Shown here piece after piece: positions 43,797-54,383 of a DNA stretch of 64,000 nt. The stretch is from the NCBI GenBank assembly GCA_963708075.1, contig OY970194.1, forward strand, positions 1,152,001 through 1,216,000. The letters are read 5' to 3'. Numbering within the stretch: the stretch's first letter is position 1; each line of letters starts with the position of its first letter. The notes beneath the pieces were generated by a model. That model saw only the letters and a program-made list of their open reading frames with translations. It was not told the origin of the DNA and ran no database searches. The DNA is from Sedimentisphaerales bacterium (lineage in GTDB: Bacteria; Planctomycetota; Phycisphaerae; Sedimentisphaerales; Anaerobacaceae). The position numbers and the translations under genes are program-made.

Positions 43797-45997
43797 TCAG
43801 GTTTGCTTCAACTCGTCGAGGATGTTGGGCAACTCGGTGGCCAGGGTGTCGAGCTGCTTGGCTTGCATGACGATCTCTTGCACGAGAGCCTTTCTTCTGG
43901 CTTCATCGGCGACCAGTTCGGGGTCGAGCAGTTGCGAGGCGGATTCGGAGATGACTGCGAGGGCGGTCCGGGTATCGAACGTCGCAGTGTCGAGAATCAC
44001 GTTGCGGATGCGCGCTCGGCCCAATTCTGCCTCTGCTTTGATATGCTCCGCGGCTAATTCGGCGCCCTCTACGGCCAGGGCCGTTTGTTTGACGAACATC
44101 TCCAGGATGTGGAAATCATCTGGGTCCAGGAGCTGTTTCGGATCTTTTGGAAAGACTCCCAATACCCCCACGGTGTCGCGAGAACCAATCAATGGGATGT
44201 ATAGCCCTCGCGAGCCGGAGAACGTGTCCCTTCCGTTGCCGGCGATTCGACGGTGCTCGTGCACCCAACTCGCCACCGCCTGTTCGTTGACGGACAGGTA
44301 GTCCCGGGCGTCCCCCGCGGCGGTAAGGGCGCTTACGGTTCTCGTCGTCGGGTCGGGTGTCAAGACTATGGCGGGACACGCGAAGAAGCTCTGAATGTGT
44401 GAGAGCAGGATCTGGAAAAGCTCGTCCGGGCGCGAGGACTTGGCCAGATCGCGGCTGAGGGAGTAAAGGACTTCGGTTCTGCGTTCCCGCAGGTCCAGCG
44501 AGATCGTTTGCCCGCGCAGTTTGCCCGTCAGAGTCCCGATGATCAGGCCGACGATCAACATCACGGCGAACGTGAAAATGTATTCCTTATCCAGCACCGT
44601 GAAGGAATAGAATGGCGGGACGAAGAAGAAGTCGAAACAGGCGACGCTGAGGAGCGTGCCCAGGATCGAAATGCCCCTGCCGTGGCGAAAGGCCAGCCAG
44701 GCCATGCCCAGAAGATAGATCATGATCAAGTTGGCCGGCGCCAGATACGGATACAGAACCCTATTGATCGCGGTGCACAGGCCGACCGTGCCGATGGCCC
44801 ATAGAACGCCCTTCCAGGGAATCGGTGCGGCGGGCGCGCGTTGCACCCTGGGAGTCTCTTCGCCCGTTTCCCCGCTGATCAGGTACAGGTCGATCTCGCC
44901 GCATTTGCGGGCCAGCTGATCGACAAACGAGCCGAACAGCGCCTCCCGCAATCTCGGCCGGCCGGGTTTTCCAATGAGAATCCTCCCGATATTCTTCGAC
45001 CGGGCATAGGCCAACAACGTCTCGACCACGTCCTCGCCAGTCAATGTCACGACACTGGCTCCCATGGCTTCCGCCGAACGGAGCATCCCGGCGACCCGCT
45101 CCCGGTCCCCCGCCTTCAGGGGGAAGACGGAGGACTCGACGTGCACGACGGTCCATCCCGCTCCCAGATCGGCGGCCATCTGCCTGCCGGCGCGGATGAT
45201 CTGCATGGCGCACGGGCTGGAGCTGATGCTCACCAGGAAATCCTCTCCGACCTTCCAGACGGTCGAGACCGCATGGAGGTCCCGGTAACTGCGCAGCTTG
45301 CTGCCGACGCTGCGGGTGGTATACCGCAAGGCCAGCTCGCGCAGCGCGATCAGATTGCCCAGGCGGAAGAAATGCTCCGCCGCGAGTTCCGCCTGTGCCC
45401 CCAGGTAGACCTTTCCCTCGTCCAGGCGTTTGAGCAGTTCCTCCGTAGGAATATCCACAAGCTCGATGGCGTCGGCGCTTTCCACTACGGCGTCGGGCAC
45501 GGTTCGCGCACAATAATTCTCGTGATTTGAGCGACGATGTCGTTGACGCTCTCGCAATGCTGGACGTTAAGCGTCGTGTAAACGTCGATGCCGGCATCGA
45601 GCAATTCCTCGACATCCTGCCATCGCTTGGTGTGGCGCGAGCCGGGGGCGTTGGTGTGGGCGAGCTCGTCGACCAGGATCAGGCGGGGCCGCCGCTTGAG
45701 GGCCGCCTCCAGATCGAACTCCCCGATTTCGATGTTCTTGTAGAGAATGGATTTGCGAGGGAGGACCTCCAGGTCCTCCAGCAGGGCCTGCGTTTCCGGG
45801 CGATTGTGGGTCTCGACGACGCCCACGACCACGTCGATCCCTTCGCTCTTTCGGGCCCGCGCCTGCTCGAGCATGGTGTAGGTCTTTCCCACCCCCGCAA
45901 CGGCGCCGAAGAAGATTTTCACCTTTCCCCGCGTGGAGTACTGGGCCTGAACCTGCTTGAGGATCTGATCCGGACTGGGTCGTTCATCCATCGTCAT
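43797..45997 (-). CDS. kdpD: KdpD-like sensor (KdpD N-domain, USP, 4 TM, GAF) lacking the kinase core; frameshift near 45504
   Basis: GAVAGVGKTY, LVDELAHTN, YTTLNVQH, NLIALRELALR, FDFFFVPP; ends after a degenerate H-box TATFDTRTAL. Confidence 0.9.
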
Positions 45998-46572
45998 TGG
46001 GCACGCTGATCCAACGCCATATTCAACTGCAGGACGTTCACCACCGGCTCGCCGAACACGCCGGCGAAGCGTCCGGTGGTGTTCTCTTTCACGAGCCTGA
46101 GGACCTGCTCCTGCGAGACTCCGCGCACACGCGCCACGCGGGGGGCCTGGTAGAGGGCGCCGGCAACGCTGATATGCGGATCGAGCCCGCTGGCCGAAGC
46201 GGTGACCAGATCGACCGGAATCGGGCTCTTGTTCTCAGGGTCTGCACCTCGGAGCATCTTCACTCTCATTTCTACTTTCTCGCGCAACGCCGGGTTCAGC
46301 GGTCCCAGGTTGGAGCCAGACGAGGGCAACGGATTGTAGCCCGTCGGCGACGTGGCGGACGGACGGCCCCAGAAATACTTCGGATCGCTGAACTCCTGCC
46401 CGACCAGCGAGGAACCCACAGGTCTGCCACTTTCCATGATGATACTGCCGTCGGCCTGATGAGCAAAGGCAATCCGGGCGATTGCGGTGATCAAAAGCGG
46501 GTATAAGACGCCGGTCATCACCGTTAAGATCCCAAGGACCAGTATCGCGGGTTTGATCTGTTTGTAGAACAC
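45994..46572 (-). CDS. kdpC: K+-transporting ATPase subunit C
   Basis: YPLLIT, YFWGRPSAT, SSGSNLGP, DLVTASASGLDPHIS and VNVLQLNMALD motifs; GTG start. Confidence 0.96.
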   Translation of the reverse strand: MFYKQIKPAILVLGILTVMTGVLYPLLITAIARIAFAHQADGSIIMESGRPVGSSLVGQEFSDPKYFWGRPSATSPTGYNPLPSSGSNLGPLNPALREKVEMRVKMLRGADPENKSPIPVDLVTASASGLDPHISVAGALYQAPRVARVRGVSQEQVLRLVKENTTGRFAGVFGEPVVNVLQLNMALDQRAQ

Positions 46573-46588
46573 GGGTCCACCTTCTTTC

Positions 46589-48667
46589 TCATTCCACCAG
46601 GTGCAGCGCGACCAGAGCCATATCAATGAGTTTGATGCCGATGAACGGGGTGATGACACCTCCGAGGCCGTAAATGAGGATGTTGTCCCGCAACAGGCGG
46701 CTGGCGGAGGCGGTCTTATACGGGACGCCTTTGAGGGCGAACGGAATCAGCAGGATAATGATGATCGCGTTGAAGATCACCGCCGAGAGCACGGCGCTTT
46801 CGGGCGTGGCAAGGTGCATGATGTTGAGCTTGCCCAGCAGCGGGTACGTGCCGGTAAACGCGGCGGGAATGATCGCGAAGTACTTGGAGATGTCGTTGGC
46901 GATACTGAACGTCGTCAATGAACCCCGCGTGATCAGGAGCTGTTTGCCAATCTGCACGACCTCGATGAGCTTCGTGGGATTCGAGTCAAGGTCCACCATG
47001 TTGCCGGCCTCCTTGGCGGCCTGGGTCCCGGTGTTCATGGCGACCGCGACGTCTGCCTGCGCCAGGGCGGGCGCATCGTTCGTGCCGTCCCCGGTCATGG
47101 CCACCAGGTGTCCCTGGCTCTGCTTTTCGCGGATCAGCTTGAGTTTCATCTCGGGTGTCGCCTCGGCCAGAAAATCGTCCACTCCGGCCTCGCCGGCAAT
47201 GGCGGCCGCGGTCATCGGGTTGTCGCCGGTGATCATGATTGTGGCAATGCCCATGCGGCGCAATTGCGCGAACCGCTCCCGGATGCCGCCCTTGACGATG
47301 TCCTTGAGGTGAATAATCCCGACGACGCGCTCGTCGTCGCTGACCGCCAGGGGCGTCCCGCCGCTCCTGGCGATCTGGGCGGCCACTTCTTTCATCTCGC
47401 CGGGGAACGCGCCGCCCGCATCTTGCACGTACTTCTCAATCGCTTCGACGGCGCCCTTTCGGATCTTCCGGCCGTCGCCGAGATCGACGCCGCTCATGCG
47501 CGTCTGGGCACTGAAGGGGATGAACGTCGCGGCAAGCTCGTGCACCTGGCGCTCCCGGATGTTGTACCGCTCTTTGGCCAGCACGACGATGCTCCTGCCC
47601 TCCGGCGTCTCATCCGACAGGGATGCCAATTGCGCGATGTCGGCCAGAACCGCCTCGGCATGTCCCTTAGCTGGGATGAACGCCACCGCCTGCCGGTTGC
47701 CCAATGTGATCGTGCCGGTCTTATCCAAAAGCAACGTGTCGATGTCCCCCGAGGCTTCGACCGCCCGTCCGGAGGTCGCGATGATATTCGCCTGGATCAT
47801 GCGATCCATCCCGGCGATCCCGATGGCCGGCAGCAGGCCGCCGATGGTTGTCGGAATCAGGCAGACCAGCAGCGCCACCAGCACTGTAACGGTGACCGGC
47901 GATCCACCGCCTGACGATGACACGCTGTAGAGAGAGAAGGGCAAGAGCGTCACGGTCGCCAGCAGGAACATGATCGTCAGCCCGGCCAGCAAAATGCTCA
48001 GCGCGATCTCGTTCGGCGTCTTCTTGCGCTTGGCACCCTCGACCATGGCGATCATGCGGTCGAGGAAGGTCTCGCCGGGATTAGTCGTGACGCGGACGAT
48101 GAGCCAGTCCGAGAGCACCGTGGTCCCCCCGGTCACGGCCGACCGGTCGCCTCCGCTTTCCCGGATGACAGGCGCGCTTTCGCCCGTGATCGCGCTTTCG
48201 TTGACCGAGGCGATGCCCTCGATGACCTCGCCATCCATGGGAATCATGTCCCCGGCCTCCACCAGGACAACATCCCCCTTGCGAAGCTCGTAAGAGGAGA
48301 CCGGAGAACAGGCGGCGCCGAATCGCGGGGCCTTGAGCCTCTTGGCCACCGTGTCCTTCCTATGGCGTCGCAGGCTCTCGGCCTGGGCCTTGCCTCGCCC
48401 CTCCGCCAGCGCCTCCGAGAAATTCGCGAAAATCAGCGTGAACCACAGCCACACGGTGATGGCAAGAATGAATCGGGGCGGCGCTTCACCGTGGCCGAGC
48501 AGGGCCTGGACGTACAAGCCCGTGGTCAGGATGCTGCCAATGAGCACGACGAACATGACCGGATTCTTGACCTGATGAAACGGCGTCAGCTTCGTCAACG
48601 AGCCGACGATCGCTCCGACGAGGACTTGCCGGTTCAACACGGATGCTATTTTCCCTCTTTTGCTCAT
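46589..48667 (-). CDS. kdpB: K+-transporting P-type ATPase subunit B
   Basis: TGESAPV, LIPTTIG, DKTGT and [11 protein letters not shown] motifs. Confidence 0.98.
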   Translation of the reverse strand: MSKRGKIASVLNRQVLVGAIVGSLTKLTPFHQVKNPVMFVVLIGSILTTGLYVQALLGHGEAPPRFILAITVWLWFTLIFANFSEALAEGRGKAQAESLRRHRKDTVAKRLKAPRFGAACSPVSSYELRKGDVVLVEAGDMIPMDGEVIEGIASVNESAITGESAPVIRESGGDRSAVTGGTTVLSDWLIVRVTTNPGETFLDRMIAMVEGAKRKKTPNEIALSILLAGLTIMFLLATVTLLPFSLYSVSSSGGGSPVTVTVLVALLVCLIPTTIGGLLPAIGIAGMDRMIQANIIATSGRAVEASGDIDTLLLDKTGTITLGNRQAVAFIPAKGHAEAVLADIAQLASLSDETPEGRSIVVLAKERYNIRERQVHELAATFIPFSAQTRMSGVDLGDGRKIRKGAVEAIEKYVQDAGGAFPGEMKEVAAQIARSGGTPLAVSDDERVVGIIHLKDIVKGGIRERFAQLRRMGIATIMITGDNPMTAAAIAGEAGVDDFLAEATPEMKLKLIREKQSQGHLVAMTGDGTNDAPALAQADVAVAMNTGTQAAKEAGNMVDLDSNPTKLIEVVQIGKQLLITRGSLTTFSIANDISKYFAIIPAAFTGTYPLLGKLNIMHLATPESAVLSAVIFNAIIIILLIPFALKGVPYKTASASRLLRDNILIYGLGGVITPFIGIKLIDMALVALHLVE

Positions 48668-48683
48668 ATCATCTCCGAACAGA

Positions 48684-50429
48684 TTATTGAGCCCACACCA
48701 TGAGGTGCTCCGCGATGGGCCCCAGCGCCAGCGCCGGGAAGAACGTCAACGCACCCACGATCAGGATGATCGCCACGAGAAAACAGACGAACAGCGGCGT
48801 ATGGGTGGGCAGCGTCCCCGCGCTGGCGGGAATGATCTTCTTCTTGGCCAGCGAGCCGGCGATCGCCAGGGCGGGGATCGCCAGCCAATACCGGGCGAAG
48901 AACATCGCGATTCCCAGGGCGATGTTGTAGAACGGCGTGTTGGCGTTGAGCCCGGCGAACGCGCTGCCATTGTTGTTGCCGGCTGAGGAGAACGCATAGA
49001 GCGCCTCGCTGAAGCCGTGGGCGCCGGGATTGGCCATCGAGCTCTTGCCCGCCGGAAGCACGACGGCAATCGCCGTGCCGGACAGGACGACCATCGGCGG
49101 GATCAGGACCATCAGCATCGCCATCTTCATCTCGTACGCTTCGATCTTCTTGCCCAAGTACTCCGGCGTGCGGCCGACCATCAGGCCGGTGACGAACACC
49201 GCCAGAATCACGAACGCGAGCATCCCATAGAGCCCCGAGCCGACCCCCCCGAAGATGACTTCGCCCAACTGCATCAGCCATATCGACATCAGGCCGCCCA
49301 GCGGCATGAAGGAGTCGTGCATGGAATTGACCGAGCCATTGGAAGCCGCCGTGGTCGCCGTGGCCCAGATCGTCGAATTGGTGACGCCGAACCTGGCTTC
49401 TTTGCCCTCCATGTTGCCCCCCGGCTGAAGCATGCTCGCGGATTGGTCGATGCCGAGTGCAGCGAGCGCGGGATTGCCTTGTTGCTCCATTTGCAGGCAC
49501 ACGTACAGGCAGGGGACGAAGATGACCAGCATGGCGGCCAGCAGGGCCCAGCCCTGTCGCGTGTCGCGGACCATGTGGCCGAAGCTGTAGCACAGCGCCG
49601 CGGCAATCAGCAGGATCGACACCATTTCGAGCAAATTCGAAAGGGGCGTCGGGTTCTCAAAGGGATGCGAGGAATTCACATTGAAGAACCCGCCGCCATT
49701 GGTGCCCAGTTGTTTGATGGCGACCTGCGAGGCCGCCGGGCCGCGAGGCAATACCTGGGTCGTGACGGTTTTTCCATCGCTTCCCGCATACGGCTGAATC
49801 AACTCGACTCCCTGTGCCGGCTTGAACGTCTGCACGACGCCCTGCGAGACCAGAGCGACCGACAGGATGATCGACAACGGCAGGAAGATATAGAGCGTCG
49901 AGCGGACAAGGTCCGCCCAGAAATTGCCGATGGTGCCCATCTCGCGGCGGCTGAAGCCCCGGATCATTGCGGCCAGCACGGCCACGCCCGAGGCCGCGGA
50001 GACAAAATTCTGGACCGTCAGGCCGAGCATCTGCGTCAGGTAGCTCATCGTCGTCTCGCCGGCGTAGCCCTGCCAGTTCGTGTTTGTGGCGAAACTCACG
50101 GCTGTGTTGAACGCCGACTCCGCGGACACCGCCGACAAGTGAGCGGGGTTTAGCGGCAACAGATGCTGGACCCTCTGCAACACGTAGACTACCACCAAGC
50201 CGAGGACGTTGAATGCCAGCATCGCGAAGGCGTACGTCTTCCACTGCATCTCTTGCCCCGGATCGATCCGACACAGGCGGTAGATCCATCGCTCGAACGA
50301 GCTGAGCCATCGATTCAAACCGGCCGGCTTGCCTTCAAGCACGTACGCCATGTAAAGTCCCAGCGGCTTGGCACATAGCACCAGAATCGCCAGGAAGATG
50401 ACGCTCTGCACCACGTTGCTGACAGTCAT
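48684..50429 (-). CDS. kdpA: K+-transporting ATPase subunit A
   Basis: [30 protein letters not shown] and NNGSAFAG motifs; ATG overlaps the kdpF stop. Confidence 0.98.
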   Translation of the reverse strand: MTVSNVVQSVIFLAILVLCAKPLGLYMAYVLEGKPAGLNRWLSSFERWIYRLCRIDPGQEMQWKTYAFAMLAFNVLGLVVVYVLQRVQHLLPLNPAHLSAVSAESAFNTAVSFATNTNWQGYAGETTMSYLTQMLGLTVQNFVSAASGVAVLAAMIRGFSRREMGTIGNFWADLVRSTLYIFLPLSIILSVALVSQGVVQTFKPAQGVELIQPYAGSDGKTVTTQVLPRGPAASQVAIKQLGTNGGGFFNVNSSHPFENPTPLSNLLEMVSILLIAAALCYSFGHMVRDTRQGWALLAAMLVIFVPCLYVCLQMEQQGNPALAALGIDQSASMLQPGGNMEGKEARFGVTNSTIWATATTAASNGSVNSMHDSFMPLGGLMSIWLMQLGEVIFGGVGSGLYGMLAFVILAVFVTGLMVGRTPEYLGKKIEAYEMKMAMLMVLIPPMVVLSGTAIAVVLPAGKSSMANPGAHGFSEALYAFSSAGNNNGSAFAGLNANTPFYNIALGIAMFFARYWLAIPALAIAGSLAKKKIIPASAGTLPTHTPLFVCFLVAIILIVGALTFFPALALGPIAEHLMVWAQ

Positions 50430-50515
50430 GAGAACTTCTCCGGCTTGAGCAGGGCGATGAAAAGATAGATAAACAGGAGAAACGCCGCAATTCCGCCAAT
50501 CCAATAGACAATCAT
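50426..50515 (-). CDS. kdpF: K+-transporting ATPase subunit F (29 aa)
   Basis: [29 protein letters not shown], matching the YLxxALLxPEKF signature; TAAGGAG upstream. Confidence 0.92.
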   Translation of the reverse strand: MIVYWIGGIAAFLLFIYLFIALLKPEKFS

Positions 50516-50527
50516 TCCATCTTCTCC

Positions 50528-50609
50528 TTAGAGCCTGTCACACAGCCGGATGAACCCGACCGACAGGCCGACGAGAACCCACAACAATCCCGATGCACAG
50601 AAATTCCAT
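50528..50609 (-). CDS. small hydrophobic peptide upstream of kdpF (needs a 1-bp correction)
   Basis: Deleting one G of a GGG run near 50579 gives MEFLCIGIVVVLVGLSVGFIRLCDRL*. Confidence 0.55.
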
Positions 50610-50916
50610 GGTTCTATCTCCTCGAAAATACGTCTGCAGGCAGGCGGCTGGGAAGGCATAAGGAAGAACCTGAGCCTATGCTCCGGTTGCGTTCTCTACT
50701 CTATGCCTACGAGGTTAGCTGTCGGGCTCAGGCAGAGCGACCTTAATCAATCACTCGATATTCGCCCCGAGATCTTGCGATCCACTCCGGGTTCCCCGTT
50801 TTCTTCCTGTCTATTTGACGAGCCGAAAGCAAAGAAGAAACTCGGCTATATGAACCATTATGATAGGGCGGAGGCTTTGTCCAGTCAAGACATTCATCAG
50901 GAATCCGCGCTGATCA

Positions 50917-51009
50917 ACAATGGCGGGGACAAAGCGACGCAAAACCGCGAGGTAGAGCCAATCGCAAAAACCCCGCCCCAGTACGGATTGCAGGCTGGCA
51001 ACTCGCCTG
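50917..51009 (+). other. isolated 93-bp 16S rRNA fragment
   Basis: Matches 43308-43400 with 6 substitutions (hand count). Confidence 0.9.
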
Positions 51010-51031
51010 GCAGAAGTGCGGAATCGTCAAT

Positions 51032-51742
51032 TCATTCCCCGGGCTCCGGATGCTCGTCGGGGAAGTTCAGCCAGGCGTATTCGCCGAAGAGGGCGCGGGC
51101 TTTTTGGTCACGGGCTTTGGCGGCTTCGATTTCGGTGTCGAAGGGGCCGCCGTAGAAGTACTGGCCTTTGTGCGTGATCTTGAAGATCCATTTGTCGCTG
51201 CGGCGGTAGACGCCGATGTATTGCGAGGATTTTTTGCGTGAGGGACGGGTGTTGTGGCGATTTTGCTCGGAGGTGCAGTTGCGCAGGTTGGTCCGGCAGT
51301 TGTTCAGGCCGTGACCATCCTTGTGGTCCGTGACCTTGCCCGGCGGGGGGTTCATGATCATCCGGTGCATCGAGATCGACTTGCCGTCGATGACCGTGGC
51401 GGCGTAGTAGCGGCCGCGAGTGCACGTCGCGTGCCAGGTGTACTGGCTGAGCCACTCGTAGTCCGCGGCGTCCACTATCGCAAACAGGCCCTTTGTCAGG
51501 GCGATGTAGCGGATCTCGTTGTTTGGAGGCTGCGGCGGCGTCCCGCGCTGCGGGGGGACGTACCGGGCGCGGAAGTTCCGGCAGGCGGCGGCGCTCGGGG
51601 CGACGTCGACCAGCACGCCGGGGGAGTTCGGGTGATTCACGCACATCAGCAGGCCCGCCCAGCCGGTGCTCATGTCCCGCATAGAGCGGGTCCGGGGCGG
51701 CCGGCCTGAGTACACGCAATCGTGACACGTTCGCTTCGCCAT
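51032..51742 (-). CDS. HNH endonuclease/AP2-domain protein with Cys-rich N-terminus
   Basis: GGAGG RBS; MHRMIM, DHKDGHGLNNCRTNLRNCT...N, SQYIGV and FDTEIEAAKARD...FGEYAWLNFP motifs. Confidence 0.9.
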   Translation of the reverse strand: MAKRTCHDCVYSGRPPRTRSMRDMSTGWAGLLMCVNHPNSPGVLVDVAPSAAACRNFRARYVPPQRGTPPQPPNNEIRYIALTKGLFAIVDAADYEWLSQYTWHATCTRGRYYAATVIDGKSISMHRMIMNPPPGKVTDHKDGHGLNNCRTNLRNCTSEQNRHNTRPSRKKSSQYIGVYRRSDKWIFKITHKGQYFYGGPFDTEIEAAKARDQKARALFGEYAWLNFPDEHPEPGE

Positions 51743-51889
51743 AAGCCCTCCGGGCGGTAGTCGGTAGTCAGTTGCCGGTAGCCGGCTGGCCGGGGACGGT
51801 GCCCGGCCGGCGGCGGCCGTCGCAGGTCGTGCGTCCCCGCACGACCCCTTGGGCGAGCGCGGCCCGGCGACTGCTTGTGACGATGAGCA

Positions 51890-51918
51890 ATTGTACATAT
51901 GTTGCCACGGAGTGTCAA
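51890..51918 (-). promoter_or_regulatory. sigma70 promoter of the HNH-AP2 gene
   Basis: TTGACA-17 nt-TACAAT. Confidence 0.7.
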
Positions 51919-51969
51919 GGGAAAAATGCGGAATAAAGGGCGCAACGCCTTGATTGCGGATTTCGGATT

Positions 51970-52428
51970 GCGGAATGGGGCAGGGATCAGGGGTCGGGTG
52001 TCAGGGATCAGAATCGGCATTGCTCTTACCTTCCATCCTGTCCCCTCTGTACCCTCTGTGTCCTCTGTGGCTGGGACCAGAAGGAATCGGTGTGCCGTGC
52101 ACACCCTACGAAATCTGCGAAAATCGGCGTAATCTGCGGATGAAGAGCGGTAGTCGGTAGTCAGTTGTCGGTTGATGATTGCGGCGGGACGCCGGAGTGC
52201 GGAATTCGGAATGCGGAGTGCGGAATGGGGCAGGGATCAGGGGTCGGGTGTCAGGGATCAGAATCGGCATTGCTCTTACCTTCCATCCTGTACCCTCTGT
52301 GTCCTCTGTGGCTGGGACCAGAAGGAATCGGTGTGCCGTGCACACCCTACGAAATCTGCGTGAACCGGCGTAATCTGCGGATGAAGAGCGGTAGTCGGTA
52401 GTCAGTTGTCGGTTGATGATTGCGGCGG
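51970..52428. repeat. tandem duplication of a ~210-220-bp repeat mosaic
   Basis: 51970-52188 and 52220-52428 are near-identical; the linker recurs at about 52453-52497. Confidence 0.9.
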
Positions 52429-52589
52429 GGAGGGTGTGAGTGCGGAGTGAAGGGCGGGACGCCGGAGTGCGGAATTCGGAATGCGGAGTGCGGAATCAGA
52501 TAGGTGGCCGGAGGGGGGGCTCTGGATTGATTATTGCTGATGGATAATTGATGATTGGACAGGGGGCTTCGGCTGTCCTTTTGGGTCTG

Positions 52590-53216
52590 TTACCCGATCT
52601 TTCGCAGGGCGAGGGTGTGGACGGGGCGGCCGTCTTGGAGGTACTTGCGCTCGTAGTTCGTGCCGGTCAACTCGCCCTCGCGGGCGCCGGCGGGACGCGG
52701 GAATTCGATTTCCTTCAGTCTGCCGGTGAAGCAGGCCATCACCAGCTTGATCTGCTCGAAGTACTCGGCGTGGTCGGTGGCGATGTGGATCTCGCCGCCG
52801 GGCTTGAGCAGGCGGACCATGAGTTCGACGTTCGATTGCTGCAAGAAACGCCTTTTGCGCTGCCGCTTCTTCGGCCAGGGATCGGGGAAGTAGATATGGA
52901 AGCAGTCGACGGAGCCTTCCGGAACGAAGTCCCGCAGGAAGACCGGGGCATCGTCCCGCACCATCCGCACGTTCGTCAGGCCCCAGCGGCCGATGCGGTC
53001 GATCGCGTGGCGCCAGAACTTGCGGGCCCACTCGATCCCGAGGAAGTCCGCCTCCGGCTGGGCCTTCGCCTGGCTCACCAGGAACGTCCCCCGGCCCGAA
53101 CCGATCTCAATGTGCACCGGAGCGGAACGTCCGAAAACCTGGAGAAAATCAATCGGCTCGGACAACTTTTCCGCTTTTAACACCACGTCCGGATATTCTT
53201 TCAACTCCCGTGCCAT
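52590..53216 (-). CDS. trmB: tRNA (guanine-N7)-methyltransferase
   Basis: IEIGSGRG, FLGIE, YFPDPWPKKRQRKRR, IATDHAEY and TNYERKY motifs. Confidence 0.96.
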   Translation of the reverse strand: MARELKEYPDVVLKAEKLSEPIDFLQVFGRSAPVHIEIGSGRGTFLVSQAKAQPEADFLGIEWARKFWRHAIDRIGRWGLTNVRMVRDDAPVFLRDFVPEGSVDCFHIYFPDPWPKKRQRKRRFLQQSNVELMVRLLKPGGEIHIATDHAEYFEQIKLVMACFTGRLKEIEFPRPAGAREGELTGTNYERKYLQDGRPVHTLALRKIG

Positions 53217-53275
53217 CGTGCGTCCACGCCTAAAAGGAGCGAATCAGGTCGTCAATTGTAGGATTTCAAGGTCCC

Positions 53276-53304
53276 ATTATACAGGCCGCGCGGAAATGCG
53301 TGAA
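53276..53304 (-). promoter_or_regulatory. putative trmB promoter
   Basis: TTCACG-17 nt-TATAAT. Confidence 0.5.
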
Positions 53305-53443
53305 GCGGGGCGGGAAAATTTGCCGGCGACCGTTACTAAAGTGGCCTCGTATGGCACTCGACTAGTAGGAGTGAACTGATTCATGGGCTCCGCGTAGTCT
53401 TCAGCGTGTGGGACCGCCAGAGCCCGGAAAGGACTGTCTTAGG

Positions 53444-54148
53444 ATGATGCTGCAGATGGTCAAAGCCAAGCGACGGCAGGTTGTGGTGGACGTCAACACC
53501 CAGCGGGACTTCCTGCTGGCGGACGGTCCCGCCTGCATCCGGAACCACCGGCGGGTCCTGGCGCACATCCGTCGCGTCATGGCCTGGGCCCGCGTCAGAG
53601 ATCTTCCCGTCATCTCCACATGCGAGGTCTACCCGGATGTCAACGGCGACGGCGAGCCGAGGTATTGTGTCGATGGCACGCTCGGCCAGCAGAAGATCGG
53701 GTACACCCTGATGCAGAACCGGGTGAGCTTCCCGGCCGACGGCAATACGGACCTGCCGCGAGACATGCTGCGCCGCTACCAGCAGGTGATTCTGCACAAG
53801 CGATGTCCGGACCCGTTCGATGAGCCGCGGATCGACCGGCTGCTCAGCGAGGTCTGTGCGGCGGAGTTCATCGTCATCGGCGTCAGCGCCGAAGGGGCGG
53901 TCAAGGCCGCTGCTCTCGGCCTGCTCCAGAGGGATAAGAAGGTCAGCGTCGTCATTGACGCCGTCGGCTATCACGATAACCACGAGGCGAAGATGGCGTT
54001 TCGGAAAATGGAGGCCAAGGGGGCAAGCCTGATCGAAACGCGCAAGCTTGCCGGGATTTCCCATCTTCGCGTAGTTGGCGTTTGCCACTGCGAAACCTGC
54101 CAGCGAATGTACCAGAAGGCGATGATCGGCCTGCCGCAGGAGAACTGA
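53444..54148 (+). CDS. isochorismatase-family (nicotinamidase-like) protein
   Basis: VVDVNTQRDF, YCVDGTLGQQKI, LHK and IGVSAEGAV motifs; C-terminal CHCETC. Confidence 0.85.
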   Translation: MMLQMVKAKRRQVVVDVNTQRDFLLADGPACIRNHRRVLAHIRRVMAWARVRDLPVISTCEVYPDVNGDGEPRYCVDGTLGQQKIGYTLMQNRVSFPADGNTDLPRDMLRRYQQVILHKRCPDPFDEPRIDRLLSEVCAAEFIVIGVSAEGAVKAAALGLLQRDKKVSVVIDAVGYHDNHEAKMAFRKMEAKGASLIETRKLAGISHLRVVGVCHCETCQRMYQKAMIGLPQEN

Positions 54149-54303
54149 TTCCGGCTTCGGAGAAGGTGTAGAGGGTCTTACGTCGCACGTCTCAGGTCCT
54201 GAGTCTCCCCGCTCTCAGTATCATCACTTTTCCCTCCCCACGAGTGTATGGCTGATGTTCGTGGGGGACCGTGCATCCATCCATGGTCACACGTTCTGAT
54301 GTG

Positions 54304-54332
54304 TTGACAGGGCTGGGCTGAATGACTATAGT
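54304..54332 (+). promoter_or_regulatory. sigma70 promoter
   Basis: TTGACA-17 nt-TATAGT. Confidence 0.7.
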
Positions 54333-54383
54333 GCGCGTTCGCTTCACGATGCGCAGCTAAGGGATGGCCGGGTCGTTCAACCA

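Noticed and set aside
50430..50504. Extended kdpA start at 50504 from the ORF track
   Set aside because: That stretch is kdpF in another frame; the kdpA ATG at 50429 overlaps the kdpF stop.
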